Positions 18,366 through 28,279 of a DNA stretch of 64,000 nt are shown here, in pieces (position 1 is the stretch's first letter; each line of letters starts with the position of its first letter). The position numbers and the translations under genes are program-made. This DNA comes from Oscillospiraceae bacterium. Its GTDB lineage: Bacteria > Bacillota > Clostridia > Oscillospirales > Acutalibacteraceae. The notes beneath the pieces are model-generated. The model did no database searches and was not told where the DNA came from. It worked only from the letters and a program-made list of their open reading frames with translations. The stretch covers positions 51,000-114,999 of the forward strand of contig SVOS01000002.1 in assembly GCA_015066245.1 (NCBI GenBank). Direction: 5' to 3'.

Positions 18366-20753
18366 ATGTATAAGGTTATTAAACGTGATAACTCCGTAGT
18401 TGAGTTTGACATCAAAAAAATCGCAAATGCTATTCAGCAGGCATTTGAAGGTATCAATAAAGAATATCACCCCTCTGTTGTTGATTTTCTTGCATTAAAG
18501 GTTACTGCTGATTTTGAGCCTAAAATCAACAATGGCGAAATCGCTGTTGAGGATATTCAGGACTCTGTTGAGGATGTTCTCATTCAGGCAGGCTATGCTG
18601 ATGTTGCCAAGGCTTACATCGTATACCGCCGTCAGAGAGAAAAGGTAAGAAAGATTAAATCCACAATCCTTGACTACAAAGAGATCGTTGACAATTATGT
18701 TAAGATCAATGACTGGCGTGTAAAGGAGAATTCCACAGTTACATATTCTGTTGGTGGTCTTATTCTCTCCAACTCCGGTGCAATTACTGCCAACTACTGG
18801 CTTTCTGAGATTTACGACAAAGAAATCGCTGATGCTCACAGAAATGCTGATATCCACATCCATGACCTTTCAATGCTTACAGGCTACTGTGCAGGTTGGT
18901 CTTTAAGACAGCTTATCGAGCAGGGCCTTGGCGGTATTACAGGTAAGGTTACATCCTCTCCTGCAAGCCACCTTGCAACTCTTTGCAACCAGATGGTTAA
19001 CTTCTTAGGTATTATGCAGAACGAATGGGCAGGTGCTCAGGCATTCTCCTCTTTCGATACATACCTCGCTCCCTTTGTAAAGGTTGATAACCTTTCCTAC
19101 GACCAGGTTAAGAAGGCTCTTGAGTCCTTTATCTTCGGTGTAAATACTCCTTCTCGTTGGGGTACTCAGGCACCTTTCTCTAACATTACTCTTGACTGGG
19201 TAGTTCCACCCGATCTTGCTGAGCAGCCTGCAATTGTTGGCGGCAAGCCTCAGGACTTCAAGTACAAGGACTGCAAAAAGGAAATGGATATGATAAACAA
19301 AGCGTTTATCGAGATTATGATCGAGGGCGATGCCAACGGCAGAGGTTTCCAGTATCCTATTCCCACATACTCCATCACAAGAGATTTTGACTGGTCCGAC
19401 ACAGAGAACAACCGTCTCCTTTTCGAGATGGCTTCCAAATACGGCACACCTTACTTCTCAAACTACATCAACTCCGACATGGAGCCTAACGATGTTCGTT
19501 CAATGTGCTGCCGTCTCCGTCTTGACCTCAGAGAGCTCAGAAAGAAGTCCGGTGGTTTCTTCGGCTCTGGTGAGAGCACAGGTTCTATCGGTGTTGTAAC
19601 AATCAACATCCCCAGAATTGCTTACCTTTCCGAGACAGAGGCAGACTTTATGAAGCGTCTTGACTTTATGATGGACGTTTCCGCACGTTCCCTCAAAATC
19701 AAGCGTGACGTTATCACAAAGCTTATGAACGAGGGTCTCTATCCCTATACAAAGCATTACCTCGGCACATTCAACAACCACTTCTCCACAATCGGTCTTG
19801 TTGGTATGAACGAAGCTGGTATGAATGCAAAGTGGATAGCAAAAGATATGACACACAAAGAGTGTCAGGACTTTACAGAGAGAGTTCTCAATCACATGAG
19901 AGAGCGTCTTTCCGACTATCAGGAGAGATACGGCGACCTCTACAACCTTGAGGCTACTCCCGCAGAGTCTACTGCTTTCCGTCTTGCAAAGCACGACAAA
20001 AAGCGTTATCCCGAAATTATTACTGCTAACGAAGAAAGCGGCACACCTTACTACACCAACAGCTCACACTTACCTGTTGGCTACACAGAGGATATTTTCT
20101 CTGCTCTGGATGTTCAGGATAAGCTCCAGGTGCTTTACACATCCGGTACTGTATTCCACGCATTCTTAGGCGAGAAGCTTCCTGATTGGCAGTCTGCTGC
20201 AAAGCTTGTTCGCACAATTGCTGAGAACTACAAGCTTCCTTACTATACACTTTCTCCCACATATTCCGTATGCAAAAACCATGGTTATATCCAGGGCGAG
20301 CAGTTTACATGTCCTCACTGCGGAGAAAAGGCAGAGGTTTACAGCCGTATCACAGGCTACTACCGTCCTGTTGCTAACTGGAACGATGGTAAGAGCCAGG
20401 AGTACAAGGACAGACTGGTGTATAATATTGGCAAGAGCAAGCTCACAAAGAAAGGTGCAGTTGCAGAGGAAGAGAGCAACGTAACAGAGCTCACTTCAGC
20501 TAAGCTTACAGACGGTCTTTACCTCTTTGCTACTCAGACTTGCCCCAACTGCAAGGCTATGGCAACACTTCTTGATAAAGCAGGTATCGGCTTTGAGAAA
20601 ATCTTTGTAGAGGATAATCAGGAGCTTGCAAAATCCCTGGGTCTTCGTCAGGCTCCCACACTTGTTGAGGTTAAGGGCAACGAAATCACAAAGTATGAGA
20701 ATGTAGTTCCCATCAAGACCTTTATCTCCAACAAAATCAAAAACATCGGTTAA
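18366..20753 (+). CDS. nrdD: Anaerobic (class III) ribonucleoside-triphosphate reductase with N-terminal ATP-cone and C-terminal glutaredoxin/NrdH-like domain
   Basis: VIKRD ATP-cone, IHIHDL, YCAGW, SMCCRLRLD, NLEATPAES, CKNHG..CPHC, YSRITGYY; C-terminal ATQTCPNCK..GLRQAPTL. Confidence 0.95.
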   Translation: MYKVIKRDNSVVEFDIKKIANAIQQAFEGINKEYHPSVVDFLALKVTADFEPKINNGEIAVEDIQDSVEDVLIQAGYADVAKAYIVYRRQREKVRKIKSTILDYKEIVDNYVKINDWRVKENSTVTYSVGGLILSNSGAITANYWLSEIYDKEIADAHRNADIHIHDLSMLTGYCAGWSLRQLIEQGLGGITGKVTSSPASHLATLCNQMVNFLGIMQNEWAGAQAFSSFDTYLAPFVKVDNLSYDQVKKALESFIFGVNTPSRWGTQAPFSNITLDWVVPPDLAEQPAIVGGKPQDFKYKDCKKEMDMINKAFIEIMIEGDANGRGFQYPIPTYSITRDFDWSDTENNRLLFEMASKYGTPYFSNYINSDMEPNDVRSMCCRLRLDLRELRKKSGGFFGSGESTGSIGVVTINIPRIAYLSETEADFMKRLDFMMDVSARSLKIKRDVITKLMNEGLYPYTKHYLGTFNNHFSTIGLVGMNEAGMNAKWIAKDMTHKECQDFTERVLNHMRERLSDYQERYGDLYNLEATPAESTAFRLAKHDKKRYPEIITANEESGTPYYTNSSHLPVGYTEDIFSALDVQDKLQVLYTSGTVFHAFLGEKLPDWQSAAKLVRTIAENYKLPYYTLSPTYSVCKNHGYIQGEQFTCPHCGEKAEVYSRITGYYRPVANWNDGKSQEYKDRLVYNIGKSKLTKKGAVAEEESNVTELTSAKLTDGLYLFATQTCPNCKAMATLLDKAGIGFEKIFVEDNQELAKSLGLRQAPTLVEVKGNEITKYENVVPIKTFISNKIKNIG

Positions 20754-20847
20754 CCGTTCGCTACGGTGGCGATTCCGCCTTTGAACAGGTCTGAAGCAGA
20801 TTATGCGTATAATTAACGGCGGATTGAGAAATATTGATTATTAACAG

Positions 20848-20874
20848 GTAGGGGAGGCCGGGCGCCTCCCCTAC
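20848..20874. repeat. GTAG-initiated GC-rich palindrome (REP-like)
   Basis: GTAGGGGAGG/CCTCCCCTAC perfect stem with no adjacent U-tract. Confidence 0.4.
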
Positions 20875-20904
20875 AATAAATTTTGCTGAATAAAGAGGTA
20901 AAGT

Positions 20905-21807
20905 ATGTACGATATCATTATTATCGGCGGAGGCCCTGCAGGTCTTACTGCCGCAGTATATGCAAGACGAGCAGGCAAGTCTGCGCTGATTCTGGAGAAG
21001 GCGTCCTTCGGCGGTCAGATTACCTATTCTCCCAAAATCGAAAATTTTCCCTCAGAAAAATCCATAAGCGGTACTGAGCTTGCTGACAAAATGATGGAGC
21101 AGGCACTTTCTCAGGGTGCGGATATCGAGCTTGAGGAGGCTATGAGCGTAGAGAAAAACGGTGATACCTTCAAGGTGGTAACCGATTTTTCTGAGTATGA
21201 GGCAAAAGCTATCATTATTGCCACAGGCGCCAAGCATCGTCTTTTGGGGGCTCCTGGTGAAGAAAACTTGGTGGGCAAGGGGATTTCCTTCTGTGCGGTT
21301 TGTGACGGAGCTTTTTATGCAGACAAAGAGGTTATGGTAATCGGTGGCGGAAATTCTGCACTGGTTGAGGCAACCTTGCTGGCAGAAACATGCAAGAAGG
21401 TGACAATTGTCCAGAATCTTCCTTATCTCACAGGCGAGAAAACCACCGCTGATGCTCTTGTCAGCCGCGAAAATGTAGAGGTTATTTACTCTACCGTTGT
21501 CAAAGAGTTCATAGGCACTGATGAGCTTGAGGCGGTTGTGCTTAAGTCCGAGGACGGCAGCGAGCAGACTCTCACTCCGGACGGTGTGTTTGTAGCAATC
21601 GGTCTTGCTCCCGAAAACGGAGCTTTTGAAAATCTGGCAGAGCTTAATGAATATGGCTATATCAAATCTGACGAAAACTGCCTGACAAAAACCGAAGGTG
21701 TTTTTGTTGCGGGAGACTGCCGCACAAAGGCTATCCGCCAGATTGCAACTGCTGCAGCCGACGGTGCTGTAGCAGCCCTCAAAGCGGTTGAATACATCGA
21801 CCGATAA
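20905..21807 (+). CDS. trxB: Thioredoxin reductase
   Basis: IIGGGPAGLTAA, FCAVCDG, IGGGNSA, GVFVAGD..RQIATA. Confidence 0.92.
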   Translation: MYDIIIIGGGPAGLTAAVYARRAGKSALILEKASFGGQITYSPKIENFPSEKSISGTELADKMMEQALSQGADIELEEAMSVEKNGDTFKVVTDFSEYEAKAIIIATGAKHRLLGAPGEENLVGKGISFCAVCDGAFYADKEVMVIGGGNSALVEATLLAETCKKVTIVQNLPYLTGEKTTADALVSRENVEVIYSTVVKEFIGTDELEAVVLKSEDGSEQTLTPDGVFVAIGLAPENGAFENLAELNEYGYIKSDENCLTKTEGVFVAGDCRTKAIRQIATAAADGAVAALKAVEYIDR

Positions 21808-21879
21808 ATGTAAAACCTGATTTTTTATCTTCAAAGCCCCTTTTGATAAAGGGGCTTTTGTGTATTTACAGAATCATCG

Positions 21880-21908
21880 TTGACGAGGTTTGTTCATTCA
21901 GATATAAT
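21880..21908 (+). promoter_or_regulatory. SigA promoter of the SNF2 gene
   Basis: TTGACG, 17 nt, TATAAT. Confidence 0.75.
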
Positions 21909-21930
21909 TGTATAGTCAGGAGGTATGAAA

Positions 21931-24087
21931 ATGGCAAAGATAGAAAGACCTGAGGCGAAAGAGTTTGTTAACAAAGCGGTGTCCCAGCTTTCAGGCTTCA
22001 AATCAATTGTTGACAGCGAAGCGAGCGAGCGTGAAGAAGTCCGCGTAAAAGCTGAGGCACTTTTTGCAGACCGATATAAAACTGCTATGGAAGCTATGGA
22101 TGTAGAGCATCTTTCAAAGGGCAAGCAGGGCATACGCGTTGCGCTTCTTAGAGACAAAGGCTACACCAATATGTGGCAGGTTGCAGGGCTCAAATTTTCT
22201 CAGATTTGTGCCATAGAAGGCCTGGGAGAGCAGAGTGCCCGCAAGATTATTGATATAGCAAAGCAGACATCGGAAAATACAAAGGCAAACTTAAGGGTGA
22301 GGATTAATCCTGATACTCCCACAAAAGCTGACAACGAGCTTGTGAAGGCTCTTTTCGTCATGATTAATAACCGAACCCTGCGAGCAGAAAGCTCCCGTAT
22401 TTTCAACGAGAATTATCAAAGTGTGAATTCGGAGCTTTCATCTCTTAAAAAGGCAAAAAGCGGATTCTCCTGGTTTTTTGCATCAAAAGCTAAGAAAGAA
22501 TCTGCAGACAAAGCCTTTGATTCTCTGTCCTTGAGACTTTCGGGTGAGTTCGGAAATACCGCACTAATAGATGCCTTCAACGCAAACTTAAATGCCGATG
22601 CAGCACGTTGCTTCGGTGATTTTGCGGCAAATTCGGTGGCATATTATACTGCTCTTGAGCAGGTAGGCAAATCCTGGGGTGCCGAGAAAGTTACGGATAA
22701 CGGGCTTTCCTCAGAGCTTTTGCAGGAAATCGAAGCTCTGAGCCTTGACCTCACAGGACTTGACGCCACCTTAAGAAATTATCAGACCTTTGGTGTTAAA
22801 TACATAGTTCATCAGAAACGCACCCTTCTGGGAGATGAAATGGGCTTGGGAAAAACCATGCAGGCAATAGCCGCGATGGTTGCTTTGAGAAACGAAGGCA
22901 AGCATCATTTTATGGTGGTTTGTCCTGCCAGCGTGCTTATTAACTGGTGCAGAGAAATTGCTAAATTCTCTGATATGGATGTTTTCAAGGTACATGGCGG
23001 AGACGAAAATGCCCTTCTTGAGTGGCGAAAAAACGGCGGTGTTGCCGTAACTACTTACGAGTCCATAAGCCGTTTTGAGTTGCCCGAAAAATTCAGATTT
23101 GCCATGCTTGTGGCTGATGAGGCACATTATGTCAAAAACCCCGAGGCAAAACGTACCAAAGCCCTTGCTGCTTTGCTCTCAAAGACTGAGGGCGTGTTGT
23201 TTATGTCGGGTACTCCTCTGGAAAATAAAGTGGAAGAAATGTGCTTTTTGGTAAGTCTTCTGAACAAAGAAATCTCGGCAGAAATCGAAAAGGTAAAATA
23301 TATCTCCACGGCTGAGCAGTTCAGATCTCAGCTTGCACCTGTGTATCTTAGAAGAACCCGAGAGGATGTGCTGACAGAGCTGCCTGAGCTTGTGGAAAAA
23401 GAACAGTGGTGCGAAATGACTCCTGCCGAAAATTCTGCTTATCATGATGCGGTAATGAGCGAAAACTTTATGGCAATCCGTCAGGTAAGCTGGAATGTAA
23501 GGGATATAAAAGATTCCACCAAAGCCCAGAGACTTCTGGAGCTTTGCGATAAAGCAAAGGAAGAAGGCAGAAAGGTCATTGTATTTTCTTTCTTCCGCGA
23601 AACTCTGCGAAAGGCAAGAGAGCTTCTGTCTGACAGATGTATGGAGGTTATTACGGGCGAGGTATCGCCTCAGCGTCGTCAGGAAATCGTAGACGAATTC
23701 GGAAAGGCAGATGCGGGTGCGGTGCTTATCAGTCAGGTTCAGGCAGGAGGAACAGGAATAAATATCCAGTGTGCCTCAGTAATAATATTCTGTGAGCCCC
23801 AGATAAAGCCTTCTATCGAAAATCAGGCAATTTCAAGGGCGTATCGCATGGGTCAGGTGAGAGATGTGCTTGTGTACAGACTTTTGTCTGACGAAACCAT
23901 AGACGAAAGAATGCTTGAGATTCTCAGCACAAAGCAGGATGCCTTTGATAACTTTGCAGATGTTTCCGTAGTAGGCGAGGAATCTCTGGAAGCAATGGAA
24001 AACTCACCAAAGCAGGAATCATGGATTACAAAAATGGTTAAGGAAGAAAAGGAAAGATTAGGAAATAGCGGTGAACAAATAAGTTAA
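21931..24087 (+). CDS. SNF2-family helicase-like ATPase
   Basis: LGDEMGLGKT, LVADEAHYVKN, SGTPLEN, AGGTGINI, QAISRAYRMGQ; start placed at ATG 21931 for SD spacing (21925 is an alternative). Confidence 0.9.
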   Translation: MAKIERPEAKEFVNKAVSQLSGFKSIVDSEASEREEVRVKAEALFADRYKTAMEAMDVEHLSKGKQGIRVALLRDKGYTNMWQVAGLKFSQICAIEGLGEQSARKIIDIAKQTSENTKANLRVRINPDTPTKADNELVKALFVMINNRTLRAESSRIFNENYQSVNSELSSLKKAKSGFSWFFASKAKKESADKAFDSLSLRLSGEFGNTALIDAFNANLNADAARCFGDFAANSVAYYTALEQVGKSWGAEKVTDNGLSSELLQEIEALSLDLTGLDATLRNYQTFGVKYIVHQKRTLLGDEMGLGKTMQAIAAMVALRNEGKHHFMVVCPASVLINWCREIAKFSDMDVFKVHGGDENALLEWRKNGGVAVTTYESISRFELPEKFRFAMLVADEAHYVKNPEAKRTKALAALLSKTEGVLFMSGTPLENKVEEMCFLVSLLNKEISAEIEKVKYISTAEQFRSQLAPVYLRRTREDVLTELPELVEKEQWCEMTPAENSAYHDAVMSENFMAIRQVSWNVRDIKDSTKAQRLLELCDKAKEEGRKVIVFSFFRETLRKARELLSDRCMEVITGEVSPQRRQEIVDEFGKADAGAVLISQVQAGGTGINIQCASVIIFCEPQIKPSIENQAISRAYRMGQVRDVLVYRLLSDETIDERMLEILSTKQDAFDNFADVSVVGEESLEAMENSPKQESWITKMVKEEKERLGNSGEQIS

Positions 24088-24096
24088 TGATAATAT

Positions 24097-24125
24097 TTGA
24101 CACCGATTGGTAATAGGTGTAAAAT
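24097..24125 (+). promoter_or_regulatory. SigA promoter of the SPFH operon
   Basis: TTGACA, 17 nt, TAAAAT. Confidence 0.75.
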
Positions 24126-24180
24126 ATAATGGGACTTTACAAATTGTATTTATATTTATATTCGGAAGGAGATTATAATT

Positions 24181-25596
24181 ATGGGACTTATTAAAGCAGG
24201 CGTTGGCGCTGTCGGCGGAGTTTTGGCTGACCAGTGGAAAGAATATTTCTACTGTGATGCATTAGGCTTCGATGTACTTGTAAAAAAAGGCGAAAAACGT
24301 GTAAGCGGTCGCTCATCCAACACAAAGGGCAGCGATAACATTATTTCTAACGGTTCGGTTATTGCCGTTGCTGACAAGCAGTGTATGATCATCGTAGACC
24401 AGGGTAAGGTTACAGAGATTTGTGCTGAGCCCGGTGAGTTTGTGTATGATTCTTCTACAGAGCCTTCACTTTTTACAGGCAAGCTGGGTAAAGGTATCCT
24501 TGACACATTCAAGGCTATCGGCAAGCGTTTTACTTTTGGTGGCGACACAGGCAAGGATCAGCGCGTTTATTACATCAACACAAGAGAGATTCAGGACAAC
24601 AAGTTTGGTACTCCCAATCCTATCCCCTTCAGAGTTGTTGACTCTAAGATTGATCTGGATGTTGATGTATCCATCCGTTGCTCAGGTATTTATTCTTATC
24701 AGATTGAAGACCCTATTCTTTTCTATACAAATGTTAGCGGAAATGTAGTGGACGAATTTACAAGAAGCGAGATTGACCATCAGCTCAAGACAGAGTTTTT
24801 AAGCGCTCTTGCACCTTCTTTCTCAAAAATTTCTGCATTAGAAATCAGACCTAACGAAATTCCTGCTCATATGCCCGAGATGGAGGCTGCAGTTAACGAT
24901 GCTCTTAAGGCAAAGTGGCTTGAGCTCAGAGGTATCAAGGTTGTTTCTGTTGCAATGAACGTTCCCATTCTTCCCGAAGAGGATCAGCAGATGCTTAAAG
25001 AGGCACAGCGTGAAGCTCGTCTTCGTAATCCCGGTCTGGCTGCTGCTCATATGGTTGGTGCTCAGGCAGAGGCTATGAAAACTGCTGCAGGCAACCAGGG
25101 CGGTGCTATGATGGGCTTTATGGGCATGAATATGGCGAGTGCTGCAGGCGGTATGAACGCAGGCAACCTCTTTGCAATGGACCAGCAGAATCAGCAGGCT
25201 CAGGCAGCTGCCAAGGCTCAGCAGGCAAGTGCAAATTCTTGGACTTGTGCTTGCGGTGCGGTGGTTTCAGGCAACTTCTGTCCCCAGTGCGGCGCTAAAA
25301 AGCCCGAATCCAAGCCCCAGGCTCAGGATGGCTGGAAATGTGCATGCGGCACAGTAGCAACAGGCAAGTTCTGCCCCGAGTGCGGTGCTAAAAAGCCCGA
25401 GGAGCAGAAAGGCTGGACTTGCGTGTGCGGCGAAGTAAATCTGGGCAAGTTCTGTGCAGAGTGCGGTGCAAAAAAGCCCGAGGGTGCACCTCTTTACAAG
25501 TGTGACAAATGCGGCTGGGAGCCCGAAGACCCCAAGAATCCTCCCAAGTTCTGCCCTGAGTGCGGCGATATTTTCGACGATTCTGATAAGCAGTAA
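24181..25596 (+). CDS. SPFH-domain protein with four C-terminal Zn-ribbons (YdjI-like)
   Basis: MGLIKA..LADQWKEYF N-terminus, FGTPNPIPF; repeated WxCxCG..GxFCxxCG units. Confidence 0.8.
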   Translation: MGLIKAGVGAVGGVLADQWKEYFYCDALGFDVLVKKGEKRVSGRSSNTKGSDNIISNGSVIAVADKQCMIIVDQGKVTEICAEPGEFVYDSSTEPSLFTGKLGKGILDTFKAIGKRFTFGGDTGKDQRVYYINTREIQDNKFGTPNPIPFRVVDSKIDLDVDVSIRCSGIYSYQIEDPILFYTNVSGNVVDEFTRSEIDHQLKTEFLSALAPSFSKISALEIRPNEIPAHMPEMEAAVNDALKAKWLELRGIKVVSVAMNVPILPEEDQQMLKEAQREARLRNPGLAAAHMVGAQAEAMKTAAGNQGGAMMGFMGMNMASAAGGMNAGNLFAMDQQNQQAQAAAKAQQASANSWTCACGAVVSGNFCPQCGAKKPESKPQAQDGWKCACGTVATGKFCPECGAKKPEEQKGWTCVCGEVNLGKFCAECGAKKPEGAPLYKCDKCGWEPEDPKNPPKFCPECGDIFDDSDKQ

Positions 25597-25665
25597 TTAT
25601 TTATAATTTCAAACGGCTCTCCTTTTATCGGGAGAGCCGCATTAAAATAAGAAGGAGATGGTATT

Positions 25666-26751
25666 ATGTCTACACTTCTGGATTATAAATGTCCGTGTTG
25701 TGGCGGTGCCATAGAGTTTAACACATCTGTACAGAAAATGAAGTGCCCCTATTGCGACACCGAGTTTGAGATGGATGCTCTTAAAGATTTAGATAAAGAG
25801 CTTGAAAATGAACAGGGCGATGATATGCACTGGGATACATCTGCAGGATGTGAGTGGCAGGGTGAGGACGAAAACCTTGTTACCTATATCTGTCAGTCCT
25901 GTGCAGGTGAGATCGTCTGCGACAAAACTACCGCGGCTACCGCTTGTCCTTATTGCGGCAACCCCGTTGTTATGTCGGGCAATGTATCAGGTATGCTTAA
26001 GCCTGACTATATTATTCCCTTTAAGTTTGATAAAAAGGCGGCTAAAGAGGGCTATCTGAGACATATTAAGGGCAAAAGACTTTTGCCTAAGATTTTCAAG
26101 GCAGAAAATCATATTGATGAGATTAAGGGCGTTTATGTACCTGTGTGGCTTTTTGATGCAGGTACCGATGCCAACATCCGCTACAAGGCCACAAGAATGC
26201 GCACATGGAGCGACAGCAACTACAACTACACCGAGACTAAATATTACGCAATTCTCAGAGGTGGTAGTGTTGCCTTTGAGCGTGTGCCCGTAGACGGCAG
26301 TGTAAAGATGGATGATGCTCTTATGGAGTCTATCGAGCCCTATAATTTTAACGAGGCTGTGGATTTCCAGACTGCTTATATGGCAGGTTATCTTGCTGAC
26401 AAATATGATGTGGATGCTGAGCAGAGTATTATAAGAGCCAACGAGCGTATCAAACACTCTACAGAGGAGGCATTCCGCTCCACTGTTCAGGGATATTCAA
26501 CTGTTATGACAGATTCAAGCAGTGTAAGATTCCAGAACGGCAAGGCAAAATATGCTCTCTATCCCGTATGGCTCCTTAATACCACATATAAAGATAAAAA
26601 ATACACATTTGCTATGAATGGCCAGACAGGTAAATTTGTAGGCGACCTTCCTTGCGATAAGAGCCTTTACAAAAAGTATCTGTTCTCTATTGCGGGTATC
26701 GCTTCTGCGGCGGTATTTGCCATTACCTGGCTTATTCATCTGTTCTTTTAA
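25666..26751 (+). CDS. Zn-ribbon membrane protein (YdjG-like)
   Basis: CPCCGG..KCPYCD, CQSCAG..CPYCG, YVPVWLF, ALYPVWL, FAMNGQTGK, C-terminal TM helix. Confidence 0.8.
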   Translation: MSTLLDYKCPCCGGAIEFNTSVQKMKCPYCDTEFEMDALKDLDKELENEQGDDMHWDTSAGCEWQGEDENLVTYICQSCAGEIVCDKTTAATACPYCGNPVVMSGNVSGMLKPDYIIPFKFDKKAAKEGYLRHIKGKRLLPKIFKAENHIDEIKGVYVPVWLFDAGTDANIRYKATRMRTWSDSNYNYTETKYYAILRGGSVAFERVPVDGSVKMDDALMESIEPYNFNEAVDFQTAYMAGYLADKYDVDAEQSIIRANERIKHSTEEAFRSTVQGYSTVMTDSSSVRFQNGKAKYALYPVWLLNTTYKDKKYTFAMNGQTGKFVGDLPCDKSLYKKYLFSIAGIASAAVFAITWLIHLFF

Positions 26752-26765
26752 GGAGGTAGAGAAAT

Positions 26766-27506
26766 ATGAAAAAGATTTGTGCAGTATTATTCTCTATCCT
26801 GCTTGTGGGATGTCTTTGCTTCAGCGTTTCTGCAGAAGGTAATGTACCAAGACTAACAGACAATGCGGATATTCTTACTTATGATGAAGAAGCAAAGCTT
26901 ACTAAGCTTCTGGACGAAATCAGCGAAAGACAGAATTTTGATGTTGTTGTTCATACTTGTTATGGCGACTCAGGCGATGATATAGTTGATTATGCCGATT
27001 GTTATTATGATGATCACTTCGGTATCAATACCGATGGTGCGGCATACGTTATTGATATGTCAAGTAACAAGTGGAGCATTTCAACTTCCGGCAGAGGAGT
27101 AGACAACATCAGCAACGATAAGTGCGATGAAATCGGCGAAGAAGTCGCAGAATACCTCAAAAGCGGTGACTACTATGAGGCTATGGTGGTATTTGCCGAG
27201 GGTTGCGATGATAATTGCAATGGTCCCGGATACAACTGGTTTTTCGGTATTGCAATTTCATTGGGCGTAGGTTTTGTCATTGCCTTTATTGCCACAGGTG
27301 TAATGAAGGGTCAGCTTAAGTCCGTAAGATTCAAAGCCGAGGCAAATGACTATCTCGTACCCGGCAGCCTTAACCTTACCAGCAGCCGCGATATTTTCCT
27401 GTATCGCAATGTTACACGTCGTGCAAAGCCCAAGAACACATCTTCCGGTGGTTCCCACACCTCATCATCAGGTGGTCGCCACGGCGGTTCAAGCGGCAGT
27501 TTCTGA
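26766..27506 (+). CDS. TPM-domain membrane protein with Gly/Ser-rich tail (YdjH-like)
   Basis: Signal peptide, RLTDNADILT, TM helix, DIFLYRNVTRRAKPK..GGGRHGGSSGSF-type tail. Confidence 0.8.
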   Translation: MKKICAVLFSILLVGCLCFSVSAEGNVPRLTDNADILTYDEEAKLTKLLDEISERQNFDVVVHTCYGDSGDDIVDYADCYYDDHFGINTDGAAYVIDMSSNKWSISTSGRGVDNISNDKCDEIGEEVAEYLKSGDYYEAMVVFAEGCDDNCNGPGYNWFFGIAISLGVGFVIAFIATGVMKGQLKSVRFKAEANDYLVPGSLNLTSSRDIFLYRNVTRRAKPKNTSSGGSHTSSSGGRHGGSSGSF

Positions 27507-27708
27507 TAACATTATTTATCCTTAAACCCGTCCATATGGACGGGTTTGTTTTTTTGAGAATTTATGTTTAGCAATAACAAATAAATGGAAAACATAAAAA
27601 TATTATCGTAAAACATTAAAAAAGTATTGACAAACGTAAAATGATGTGATATATTAGGTATCGTCAAAGACGTCGTGACTTTTATTTAATGATTTGGAGG
27701 TATTTTTT

Positions 27709-28269
27709 ATGAAAGGTTTTATTACAAAGGCAGCCACTATCGGCTCAAAGATTCTTGAAGTTTTACATTGGGTACTGGCATTAATGTTGATTGTTCTTAT
27801 TGTACTTTCTGCGGCAGCACCCTCTATGGTTAACGATTTTCTGACAAATGCAGGAGACGGTCTTGACCTTGCAAATCTCACTTCCGGCGGATTCGGTGTT
27901 TCAGTTGTGGGTATTGACGGTTCGGTTAACACCACAGCTCTCATTATGTTCTGCATTGCGGCTTTCTTAGGTATGGTTCTTACTGCGATGATTTTCAGAA
28001 ATGTGTATCTTATTCTCACAAAATCCAAGGGCGGCTCACCCTTTACCAAGGATAACGTAAGAATGGTTAAGGAAATCGGCATTTTCTCAATTGCAATGCC
28101 TGTGATTGGCTTTGTTATGAGCATCATCACACGCCTTGTTTGCGGTGTTGAGGTTGCTGAAATCAGCGTGAACTTCTCGGGTCTTATGATTGGTCTTGTT
28201 GTGCTTTGTCTTACTCAGTTTTTCGCTCACGGTGTTTCACTTGAAGAAGACGTTGAGGGTCTTTTATAA
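27709..28269 (+). CDS. DUF2975-family membrane protein
   Basis: Four TM segments, SPFTKDNV, C-terminal LEEDVEGLL; precedes a small HTH gene. Confidence 0.75.
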   Translation: MKGFITKAATIGSKILEVLHWVLALMLIVLIVLSAAAPSMVNDFLTNAGDGLDLANLTSGGFGVSVVGIDGSVNTTALIMFCIAAFLGMVLTAMIFRNVYLILTKSKGGSPFTKDNVRMVKEIGIFSIAMPVIGFVMSIITRLVCGVEVAEISVNFSGLMIGLVVLCLTQFFAHGVSLEEDVEGLL

Positions 28270-28279
28270 GGAGGATATT

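Noticed and set aside
21871-21882. SOS box GAAT-CATC-GTTG at the SNF2 promoter
   Set aside because: Two mismatches to GAAC-N4-GTTY is too weak without other support
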